10,654 bases of DNA, taken from positions 1 through 10,654 of the forward strand of contig JAVZLH010000022.1 in assembly GCA_038883855.1 (NCBI GenBank). The letters are read 5' to 3'. This DNA comes from Candidatus Bathyarchaeia archaeon (GTDB lineage: Archaea; Thermoproteota; Bathyarchaeia; Bathyarchaeales; Bathycorpusculaceae). Both the position numbers and the translations under genes were made by a program. Shown here piece after piece: positions 1 to 7,499 of the stretch (position 1 is the stretch's first letter; each line of letters begins with the position of its first letter). The notes below the pieces were generated by a model. It was not told the origin of the DNA and did no database searches. It was given only the letters and a program-made list of their open reading frames with translations.

Positions 1-1065
1 TGGAATTTTAGTGAGAACACTGATTTGAGTGAGGTTCTTTTGGTTGCTAGGAAGAGGAGAAGTGGTGAGAAATCTGGGTTTACGTTTTTTGTTAATTTGT
101 GGAAGAAGCCTTCTAATGAGCTTGAATCAATTTATGTTGGCTCGCAGTTGAAGCATCTTTATGATAGTGCCAAGCTTTACGATATTGAGAATTCGAATGC
201 CTCACCATATCATCTTAAGCTGCATGGGAAAAAGGTCGGCGAAGTTTATTCTGCTATGTTAGAAGATAACAATTTTGGAGTGTACAACATTTTTTCCCAG
301 ATGGAACTTAATCGAGTGATGCTTTTTCTAAGGAAGGGGATAGTTTACCTTCCAGACCAAGGGGTAATTGACGGGATTCGATTAACCAGTTTATCTAAGC
401 TTGAAGCAGAGATAGGGCCTGATGTGCGTCAAGTTCACGCAGCCTTTAAGGTTGGTGAAAGTGAGAGGGGTTCGGTCTATAGGGCTTTTTGGGGTTATGA
501 TTCAAGCATTGTGAACGCTATTTCACAAAAGCCTAATGCATATTTGGAACCGAAAAATGCGGGACAAGCCCGTGACCTATGGAAAAAGCGGGGAAAACTC
601 CTAATAGTCGAGCGGGCTCGGTTAAACACCTACACTGTCTTGGCAGTTTACTTGGACGAAGAAGTCCTATCGAACGTTTGGTGGCCTATTAAATTGGACA
701 ACGATGCTGCTAAGGCTCTTGCGGTCTGGATAAACTCAACATTTGGTTTCCTATTGCTATCATCTATAGCAGAGGTTACGCAAGGACCTTGGGTTAAGTT
801 TAAGAAAGAGCATCTTCGGGAACTGCTTGTTCCCGACTTCAACAAGCTTGGACGAAAGAAAAGGGATGCGCTCCTAGACTTGTATGATAAAAATTTCGAC
901 GGCAAAGAAATCAACAAACTAAAGTTTAAACCACTCCCAAAGGAATTCGCAGAACCCTCAGCCAGAAAAATCATCGATGAAGAAATCTGCAACATTTTAG
1001 GCTTAGAATTGAAACTGGACACGCTTTACAAAATGCTTTCAAAAGAACCCATGCTAACAGGATAA
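1..1065 (+). CDS. C-terminal part of a probable adenine DNA methyltransferase / type IIG-like restriction-modification protein (5'-truncated by window)
   Basis: Frame is open from base 1 (WNFSENTDLSEVLLVARK...), so the TTG at 25 is not the real start. NFSENT..EVLLV resembles a late N6-MTase motif. AVWINSTFGFLLL...GPWVKFKKEHLRELLVPDF resembles the TaqI-C/TRD-type C-terminal region. Catalytic motifs are outside the window. Confidence 0.6.
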   Translation, partial: WNFSENTDLSEVLLVARKRRSGEKSGFTFFVNLWKKPSNELESIYVGSQLKHLYDSAKLYDIENSNASPYHLKLHGKKVGEVYSAMLEDNNFGVYNIFSQMELNRVMLFLRKGIVYLPDQGVIDGIRLTSLSKLEAEIGPDVRQVHAAFKVGESERGSVYRAFWGYDSSIVNAISQKPNAYLEPKNAGQARDLWKKRGKLLIVERARLNTYTVLAVYLDEEVLSNVWWPIKLDNDAAKALAVWINSTFGFLLLSSIAEVTQGPWVKFKKEHLRELLVPDFNKLGRKKRDALLDLYDKNFDGKEINKLKFKPLPKEFAEPSARKIIDEEICNILGLELKLDTLYKMLSKEPMLTG

Positions 1066-1174
1066 AACAATTTAAACAAACCCTAGTATGCGAAAATACA
1101 AAGTTATCAAAGAATACTCTTTATACTACAGAGCAAGAATCGACTAGTTAATAGCAAGTTGTCTGCTTTGAAGT

Positions 1175-1585
1175 TTATGTTGGGATTTCCTTGATTTCAA
1201 CTTTCTCCGCCGCTTTCCTGTCACGAATTTCTTCTTGCAATTTCGTTAGTGGATATTTGCATTTTGACACGTCGGCTATGACTATCCACTCTGCAAGTTC
1301 TCCCCTCTTAAGCGTTCTAGACGTAGTTGCCAACAAGTCAACGTTGTTTTCAGCCAAAACAGAAGCTGCCTTCGCCAACGCGCCCGGCGCATCAGGTATT
1401 GCGAGATGAAATTCTACAAGTTTGGCTTTCGGGTCTGCGAAAGGTATTATCCTAACCTGTTTTTCCTCCATGTCCGCAACAAGCATCACATACATTCCCT
1501 CTGAAAAGCCCGCAGCTTCACGGAGCGCGGATGGTAATGTTACTCTTCCCCGAGAGTCTATTCTGACTATTTCTGACACGCGCAT
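1175..1585 (-). CDS. AbrB/MazE/SpoVT-family DNA-binding domain fused to an ACT domain (putative amino-acid-responsive regulator)
   Basis: N-terminal IVRIDSRGRVTLPSALREAAGFSEGMYV is a swapped-hairpin AbrB signature. C-terminal IPDAPGALAKAASVLAENNVDLLAT is an ACT D.PG.L..(N)V signature. Confidence 0.85.
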   Translation of the reverse strand: MRVSEIVRIDSRGRVTLPSALREAAGFSEGMYVMLVADMEEKQVRIIPFADPKAKLVEFHLAIPDAPGALAKAASVLAENNVDLLATTSRTLKRGELAEWIVIADVSKCKYPLTKLQEEIRDRKAAEKVEIKEIPT

Positions 1586-1593
1586 ATGGTTTG

Positions 1594-1660
1594 TCCCCGT
1601 AATGTTTATAAGTTTGGGGATTAATATGGGTTGTGACCCACAAATTACCCACTGGAGGAC
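1594..1660. promoter_or_regulatory. Divergent promoter region between the AbrB-ACT gene and the his operon
   Basis: Near-palindromic TATA TTTATAAG (1605-1612) flanked by TCCCC (1594-1598) and GGGGA (1616-1620). TGGGT (1627-1631) is complementary to ACCCA at 1636-1640 and 1647-1651. GGAGGA RBS-like sequence at 1654-1659. Confidence 0.5.
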
Positions 1661-1687
1661 TTACGGTGAACGGGAGGGCTCAAGTTC

Positions 1688-2950
1688 ACGAAACTGCAAA
1701 CGCCAGAAGGAACACGCGATTACCTACCAGAGGAAGTTGAACAATACCTCCACATTGAAAGAACCTTAAGAAGAATTTTCAAACTTTGGGGCTATGAAGA
1801 GGTTCGCTCCCCAATAATAGAATTTGTTGATACCCTATCTGTAGGCGTAGGCTCAGACCTCATCGACAGCATGTTTAAGTTCCAAGACAGAGACGGCAAA
1901 ATTTTGTCTCTAAGGGCTGAAATGACAACGCCCATAGCCAGAATAGTAACAACAAAGATGGGCTCTAAACCAAAACCCCTAAGGCTTTTCTACATTTGCA
2001 ACGTTTTCAGATACAGCCGCTCATACTTCGAAAGCCTAAGAGAGTTCCACCAAGCTGGAATCGAGTTAATAGGCTGCAGCAAACCTGAAGCCGACGGCGA
2101 AGTCATAGCATTGCTTCTTTCATCATTCGAAAAAATGGGATTGGACAATGTTCGCGTAGACATGGGACATGCTGGCCTACTAAGGGAAATCCTAAAAATG
2201 ATGCGGCTTGAAGAACAAGAAAAAGAGGCTTTCCAAAAAATCCTAAAATCCAGAAACACTGCAAAAATCGACAAGTTCGCCGAAGACTTCGGCGTCTCGC
2301 CTCAAATCAAAGATTTAGTGCTACAACTCCTAAACTGCAAAAGAATAGACGAACTGCAATCCATAAATTTAAGTCCAAAGCTTTCTGGAATTAAGAAATT
2401 TTTAAAAGAACTCTTACAACTTGACGACATTTTACGCGATTACGGGGTTGAAAAAAACATTTTCTTCGATTTTTCGCTTACAAGAAAAATTGAGTATTAC
2501 ACTGGAGTTGTTTTCGAAGCCTCAATCCCAACCATCGGGCTTCCGCTGGGCGGGGGAGGACGCTACGATAATTTGATGGAAAAGTTTAATGGCGTAAGGC
2601 TTCCAGCAACCGGATTCGCGATTGAAGTTGAAAAGTGTCTTTGGGCTTTGAAAAACCAAAAGTTCGAAATCCCAAGAAAAAGTAAGCCGAAAGTTCTTGT
2701 TAAGTCGAAATCCAGAAAAGCTGGAGTTGAAGCTTTAAAGGTTCTCCGCGAAGCTGGCGTGGCTTGCTTCTCCAACTTTGATAAACAGGAAAAAGGAGCG
2801 GTTATCGAGTACGCAAAGCAACTTGGAGTCAACTACGTGGTTTCCGTCGGCTCTTCCGTTAAAGAACCTTTGGAAATTTACGATGTGAAGCAAGGCTCAG
2901 CCAAAAAATCAACACTTCAAGGCTTTATCAAATCTTTGGAGGTTTCCTAA
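1688..2950 (+). CDS. hisZ: ATP phosphoribosyltransferase regulatory subunit HisZ (HisRS paralogue); true start uncertain, upstream of the ATG at 1871
   Basis: Frame open from 1670. Upstream extension reads TKLQTPEGTRDYLPEE...FKLWGYEEVRSPIIEF, the typical HisZ/HisRS N-terminus. Also LRAEMTTPIAR, RLFYICNVFR, REFHQAGIELIG, EYYTGVVFE, GGGRYDNL. Lacks the intact HisRS RYERPQ.GR and RGLDYY motifs. Sits directly before a short hisG. Confidence 0.88.
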   Translation, partial: TKLQTPEGTRDYLPEEVEQYLHIERTLRRIFKLWGYEEVRSPIIEFVDTLSVGVGSDLIDSMFKFQDRDGKILSLRAEMTTPIARIVTTKMGSKPKPLRLFYICNVFRYSRSYFESLREFHQAGIELIGCSKPEADGEVIALLLSSFEKMGLDNVRVDMGHAGLLREILKMMRLEEQEKEAFQKILKSRNTAKIDKFAEDFGVSPQIKDLVLQLLNCKRIDELQSINLSPKLSGIKKFLKELLQLDDILRDYGVEKNIFFDFSLTRKIEYYTGVVFEASIPTIGLPLGGGGRYDNLMEKFNGVRLPATGFAIEVEKCLWALKNQKFEIPRKSKPKVLVKSKSRKAGVEALKVLREAGVACFSNFDKQEKGAVIEYAKQLGVNYVVSVGSSVKEPLEIYDVKQGSAKKSTLQGFIKSLEVS

Positions 2951-2953
2951 TAA

Positions 2954-3586
2954 TTGGATAGGAAGATTCGTGTGGCTTTGCCAAGCAAAGGGCGTCTCCG
3001 CGACTCCTCCATTGAAACAGTTAAGAAAATGGGAATACGCCTAAACGAAGACACCAGGTCTTACATTGTGGAAGACGCGAAAGGCAATTTTGAAATCGTT
3101 TTCGCCAGAACTTTTGACATACCCTTATACGTGCACTATGGAGCGGCTGACTTGGGAATCACGGGCTACGATGTTATCGTGGAAAGGGAAGTTGACGTTT
3201 ACGAACTGTTAGATTTAGGCTTCGGAAACTGCAGCCTAGTAGCCGCAGTTCCAGAAAAATCCGAAATAAGATCCCTCAAAAACCTTACAGGAACGCCGAG
3301 GGTCGCAACAGAATACCCAAACATCACCCGAAAACACTTTGAAAGCTTAGGAAAACAAGCCGAAATACTGACTGTGCGAGGAACAGCAGAGCTTGCGCCC
3401 AGACTTGGACTTGCCGAAATAATAGTTGACATTACCGAAACTGGAAAAACGCTTAAAGAAAACGGCTTAAAAATTATCGACAAAATCCTTGATTCCTCAT
3501 GTAGGCTGATATGCAACAGAATATCCTACCGAGTTTTTGAAAAGAAAATCAACGAAATTGTTGAAAAAATAAGGAGAACACCCTAA
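2954..3586 (+). CDS. hisG: ATP phosphoribosyltransferase, short form (HisZ-dependent)
   Basis: VALPSKGRL, RTFDIPLYV..GAADLGITG.D, VATEYPNIT, ELAPRLGLAEIIVDITETGKTLKENGL. 210 aa with no C-terminal regulatory domain. GGAGGT RBS at 2938-2943. Confidence 0.96.
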   Translation: MDRKIRVALPSKGRLRDSSIETVKKMGIRLNEDTRSYIVEDAKGNFEIVFARTFDIPLYVHYGAADLGITGYDVIVEREVDVYELLDLGFGNCSLVAAVPEKSEIRSLKNLTGTPRVATEYPNITRKHFESLGKQAEILTVRGTAELAPRLGLAEIIVDITETGKTLKENGLKIIDKILDSSCRLICNRISYRVFEKKINEIVEKIRRTP

Positions 3587-3587
3587 A

Positions 3588-3717
3588 ATGAAGGTTTTAA
3601 CAGCAGAAAAATTCTGCGCAAACATTGAAGGAGACGACGGTGACGCTTGCCAAACTGGAAGATTTGTATGCGCACGTGAAATCCGTTCTTGTGAGGGATT
3701 CAAGAGTTGAAAATTGA
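3588..3717 (+). pseudogene. hisD: Internally deleted histidinol dehydrogenase remnant
   Basis: ATG at 3588 follows the hisG stop directly (MKVLTAEKF...). In the +1 frame, 3619-3717 reads QTLKETTVTLAKLEDLYAHVKSVLVRDSRVEN*, matching the HisD C-terminal pattern TLA..E.L.AH..(S/A)V..R. Position between hisG and hisC is where hisD normally sits. Confidence 0.8.
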
Positions 3718-4798
3718 AAAACTCTTACGCAAAGAAGTCTTAGAAGTTCCAGTTTACGAGGCTGAATACCACACTTCCACAACAAAAGATGAAGATCTGG
3801 TTAAGCTCGATCTTAACGAAAATTTCGTTATCAAAGCAGATTTTGTTAAGAATTTATTAGCTTCCACGTGTAAAGAAATTGACCCCCGCCTTTATCCACC
3901 ACCTCGAAGCATTTTAGCCATCAAAGCAATTTCGAAATTTTATGAATTTGACGAAAAAATGGTTATTTCAAGTAACGGTTCAGATGAAATCCTAGACTTA
4001 ATAGCTAAAGCCTTTGTAAAACGCGGAACAAAAGTTTTGATTGCTGAGCCAACATTTCCCTTCTACACCTTTTTCGTAAAGCTATATGGAGGCAAGAAAA
4101 GCGAGGTTTTCCTCAGACCGGATTTTGAATTAAATGTTGAAAAAATTCTGGAAATGCAGAAAGGTGCTTCTCTACTTATCTTCTGTTCTCCCAATAATCC
4201 AACCGGCAAACAGTTTAAGGAAGAAAGCGTTAAGGCTTTACTTGAAGAATTTAAGGGTTTAGTTATCATCGATGAGGCTTATGTAGACTTCGCCAAATAC
4301 TCCGTATTAAAATGGATCAGGGAATTTGACAACCTGATCGTTTTAAGAAGTTTCTCTAAAGCTTTCGGTTTGGCTGGAATACGCGCAGGGTTCGCTGTCT
4401 CCAACCCATCTATAATAGAATCCCTTAAGCGAATCACTTTGCCCTTCAACATGAACACTGTGGCCCAAAAAATGGTTACGCTTGTATTGGAAAATTGGAA
4501 ATTCTTCAACGAACAAATCAACCAAATAATTAAAGAACGGGAATGGTTGTTCAAAAAATTAAAGGAAATTGACGGAGTAACGCCCTTTCCCTCCGACGCA
4601 AACTTCATACTTTTCAAAATAACCAAGAAAGGATTAAACTCATCAACCGTTAAGGAGAAGTTACGGGAAAGGAAAGTTTTAGTAAAAGATAGAGGAATGT
4701 TACCGCTTCTTGATAACTGCATCCGCGTCTCGGTTGGAACACGCAAAATGAACGAAACTTTCATTCAAAAATTAAAGGAAGTTTTAGAGGAGAATTAA
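3707..4798 (+). CDS. hisC: Histidinol-phosphate aminotransferase (PLP)
   Basis: KLDLNEN, NGSDEIL, CSPNNPTG, IIDEAYVDF, RSFSKAFGLAGIRAG (PLP lysine), SDANFILF, IRVSVG; operon context. Confidence 0.95.
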   Translation: MKIEKLLRKEVLEVPVYEAEYHTSTTKDEDLVKLDLNENFVIKADFVKNLLASTCKEIDPRLYPPPRSILAIKAISKFYEFDEKMVISSNGSDEILDLIAKAFVKRGTKVLIAEPTFPFYTFFVKLYGGKKSEVFLRPDFELNVEKILEMQKGASLLIFCSPNNPTGKQFKEESVKALLEEFKGLVIIDEAYVDFAKYSVLKWIREFDNLIVLRSFSKAFGLAGIRAGFAVSNPSIIESLKRITLPFNMNTVAQKMVTLVLENWKFFNEQINQIIKEREWLFKKLKEIDGVTPFPSDANFILFKITKKGLNSSTVKEKLRERKVLVKDRGMLPLLDNCIRVSVGTRKMNETFIQKLKEVLEEN

Positions 4799-4802
4799 AG
4801 AT

Positions 4803-5390
4803 ATGAAACGGAATAGAGAAGCAAAAGTGGAAAGGAAAACGGCGGAAGTCGAAATCTCGGCTTGGATAAACTTAGACGGTAAAGGAGAAGTCCAAATAGA
4901 CACTGGAGTGAAGTTCCTAGACCACATGCTTTCAACAATGGCTAAGCACGCTCTTTTCGACTTAACCGTGAAAGCTAATGGAGATTTGAAGCACCATGTA
5001 TGCGAGGATGTGGCATTAACACTGGGAGAAGCTCTCAACAAGGCGCTTAAAGAACGCAAAGGCATCAGACGATTCGGCTTTGCATACGTGCCAATGGACG
5101 ATTCGCTGGCTAGGGCAGTGGTGGATTTGGGAGGAAGACCATACATATGCCTCGACTTAAAAGTTGACCAACCGCAAGTCGAAGACATGAAAGTTGAAGA
5201 CCTCAAACACTTCTTTGCATCTCTTGCACAAACATCAAAGTCAAACATTCACTTGGCGGTGGTTTATGGCGAAAATCTACACCACAAAATTGAAGCTGTT
5301 GTAAAGGCTTTGGCAATAGCTCTTAAAGATGCTGTCAGCCTAGAGCCTAAAATTGGAGATGTTGTTCCAAGCGCGAAAGGTGTCATTTAA
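4803..5390 (+). CDS. hisB: Imidazoleglycerol-phosphate dehydratase (monofunctional)
   Basis: RKTAEVEI, TGVKFLDHML, GDLKHHVCEDV, GIRRFG...PMDDSL, GENLHHKIEA, PSAKG. No N-terminal phosphatase domain. Confidence 0.96.
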   Translation: MKRNREAKVERKTAEVEISAWINLDGKGEVQIDTGVKFLDHMLSTMAKHALFDLTVKANGDLKHHVCEDVALTLGEALNKALKERKGIRRFGFAYVPMDDSLARAVVDLGGRPYICLDLKVDQPQVEDMKVEDLKHFFASLAQTSKSNIHLAVVYGENLHHKIEAVVKALAIALKDAVSLEPKIGDVVPSAKGVI

Positions 5391-5998
5391 TGCTGAAGTT
5401 CGCAATAATTAACTATGGGGTTGGAAACCTAAGAAACGTGAAAAGAGGATTCGAAAACCTCGGAGTCAACGTTTCAATAACAGACAACCAAAAAGAAATC
5501 CTAGAATCCGATGCCATAATCTTCCCAGGAGTCGGCGCATTCGCAGAAGCCATGAAACATCTTTCACCCATAAAAAACGAGCTAAAGGAAACTATAGTGG
5601 CGGGAAAGCCTGTTTTAGGAATATGCTTAGGGCTTCAGCTGCTTTTCACAAAAAGTCATGAGGGCGGAATAAACTATGGTTTAGACTTGGTTGAGGGAGA
5701 AATAGTGAAAATTTCGGCGAATGTTAAACTCCCCCACATCGGATGGAACACCATAGAAATAATGCGAAAAAACCCGCTTGTGGAAGGAATACCGAACAAT
5801 TCATTCATGTATTTCGTCCACACCTACATTCCGCAACCAAAAGAAGAAGAGGTAATTGTCGCCGAAACAGAGTATGGAACAAGATTTCCATCAATAATTG
5901 CGAAGAAAAATGTTTTCGCCACGCAGTTTCACCCAGAAAAAAGCGGCAAAACAGGATTGAAAATCCTCGAAAACTTTGTTAAAATCGTGAAAAGGTGA
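5390..5998 (+). CDS. hisH: Imidazole glycerol phosphate synthase glutaminase subunit
   Basis: INYGVGNL, PGVGAF, GICLGLQLL (catalytic Cys), PHIGWN, YFVHTY, QFHPEKSG (His/Glu of triad). Confidence 0.97.
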   Translation: MLKFAIINYGVGNLRNVKRGFENLGVNVSITDNQKEILESDAIIFPGVGAFAEAMKHLSPIKNELKETIVAGKPVLGICLGLQLLFTKSHEGGINYGLDLVEGEIVKISANVKLPHIGWNTIEIMRKNPLVEGIPNNSFMYFVHTYIPQPKEEEVIVAETEYGTRFPSIIAKKNVFATQFHPEKSGKTGLKILENFVKIVKR

Positions 5999-6004
5999 CG
6001 GATA

Positions 6005-6730
6005 ATGCTTGTAATACCAGCAGTTGACATAATGAACGGTAAATGCGTCCGCTTGGTTGAGGGCGACCCTTCTAGGCGGAAGGCGTATTATGAAGATCCC
6101 GTTGAAGCAGCCAAAAAATGGGTTAGTGAAGGAGCCGAACTCATACACTTGGTTGATTTGGACGCGGCTCTGGGCAGAGGCGAAAATATGGATATAGTTA
6201 AGAAAATAGTTCAGAACGTTCCAGTTAAAGTGCAGTTTGGCGGCGGCTTAAGAACCTTTGAAAAAGCCGAGGAACTGTTAAAACTGGGGGTTTTCAGAGT
6301 GATTTTCGGAACAAATCTGCTCTCTAACCCTCAAACAATAATTAAAACTGTCAAAAACTTTGGTTCACAAAGAGTTGCAGTTTCCCTAGATTTGAAAAAG
6401 GGCAAAATCATGCTTAAAGGATGGAAAGAACCTGCAAAGGCGGATTTTGTGGAGATGGCGCGTTTTGCTGAGGAGACACTAAATGTTGGAATGATAATTT
6501 TTACTGCGGTTGACCGAGATGGCACCTTAAAAGGGCCATCCCTACAATACGCTGAAAAACTTCTGAAAACCGTTAAAGTTCCAGTTGTTGCCTCTGGAGG
6601 AATATCCAGCCTACAAGACCTTGTAAGCCTAAGCAAGGTTGGGGTTTACGGTGCCATAGTTGGCACGGCGCTTTATGAAGGAAAATTTTCGTTAAAAGAA
6701 GCTTTTGAGGCGGTGCAAAATGCTGACTAA
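6005..6730 (+). CDS. hisA: ProFAR isomerase
   Basis: [55 protein letters not shown]. Confidence 0.96.
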   Translation: MLVIPAVDIMNGKCVRLVEGDPSRRKAYYEDPVEAAKKWVSEGAELIHLVDLDAALGRGENMDIVKKIVQNVPVKVQFGGGLRTFEKAEELLKLGVFRVIFGTNLLSNPQTIIKTVKNFGSQRVAVSLDLKKGKIMLKGWKEPAKADFVEMARFAEETLNVGMIIFTAVDRDGTLKGPSLQYAEKLLKTVKVPVVASGGISSLQDLVSLSKVGVYGAIVGTALYEGKFSLKEAFEAVQNAD

Positions 6731-7490
6731 AAGAATAATTCCATGCCTAGACGTTAAAGATGGGAAAGTGGTTAAGGGCGTGCGATTCAAAAATCTGAGG
6801 GTTGAGGGCGACCCAGCGGAACTCGCAGCAATATACGAGGAAGAAGGCGCTGACGAAATAGTTTTCTTGGACATAACAGCGTCGCATGAAAAAAGAGAAA
6901 TCCTATTAGACGTTGTGAGGCGAACTGCAGACAAAATATCTATTCCCTTTACGGTTGGCGGCGGAATACGTGATTTGGAGGATATTCAGAAGATACTTAA
7001 CTCTGGAGCAGATAAGGTTTCGGTGAACACGGCAGCCGTAAGAAATCCCATATTGGTCAAGCAAGCAGCGGATGTTTTTGGAAGCCAATGTATAGTTGTC
7101 GCAATAGACGCCAAAAAAAATTCTTTAAGCACGTCGTTCTGGTGGGAAGTTTATGTTGAAGGCGGGAGACTGCCGACAGGCTTGGATGCTGTTTCATGGG
7201 CTAAAGCTGTTGAAAAACTCGGTGCAGGAGAAATACTTTTGACAAGCATGGATTATGACGGAACCCAGCTGGGCTATGACATTCCACTAACCAAAACCAT
7301 ATGTCAAACCGTGAACATTCCAGTTATCGCCAGCGGCGGAGCTGGAAACCCAGAACACATATATGTAGTTTTAACTGAAGGAATGGCTGATGCGGCTTTG
7401 GCAGCCTCCATATTCCACCGTTTTCAGCATCCAGTCAAGAAGGTGAAGGAGTATTTGGCTGAAAGAGGAGTATGTATACGTCCAGTTTGA
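6720..7490 (+). CDS. hisF: Imidazole glycerol phosphate synthase cyclase subunit
   Basis: Start refined to ATG 6720 ([12 protein letters not shown]). [62 protein letters not shown]. Confidence 0.97.
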   Translation: MLTKRIIPCLDVKDGKVVKGVRFKNLRVEGDPAELAAIYEEEGADEIVFLDITASHEKREILLDVVRRTADKISIPFTVGGGIRDLEDIQKILNSGADKVSVNTAAVRNPILVKQAADVFGSQCIVVAIDAKKNSLSTSFWWEVYVEGGRLPTGLDAVSWAKAVEKLGAGEILLTSMDYDGTQLGYDIPLTKTICQTVNIPVIASGGAGNPEHIYVVLTEGMADAALAASIFHRFQHPVKKVKEYLAERGVCIRPV

Positions 7491-7499
7491 GGTGAAAAG

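Noticed and set aside
1422-1769. 115-aa plus-strand ORF, and its internal ATG at 1626, as a His leader peptide or attenuator
   Set aside because: It overlaps the AbrB-ACT gene antisense and hisZ out of frame. It has no His-codon run and no terminator hairpin with a U tract.
1688-2950. Histidyl-tRNA synthetase (hisS) call
   Set aside because: The motif-2 loop and RGLDYY motif are degenerate, and the gene precedes a short-form hisG, which fits HisZ better.
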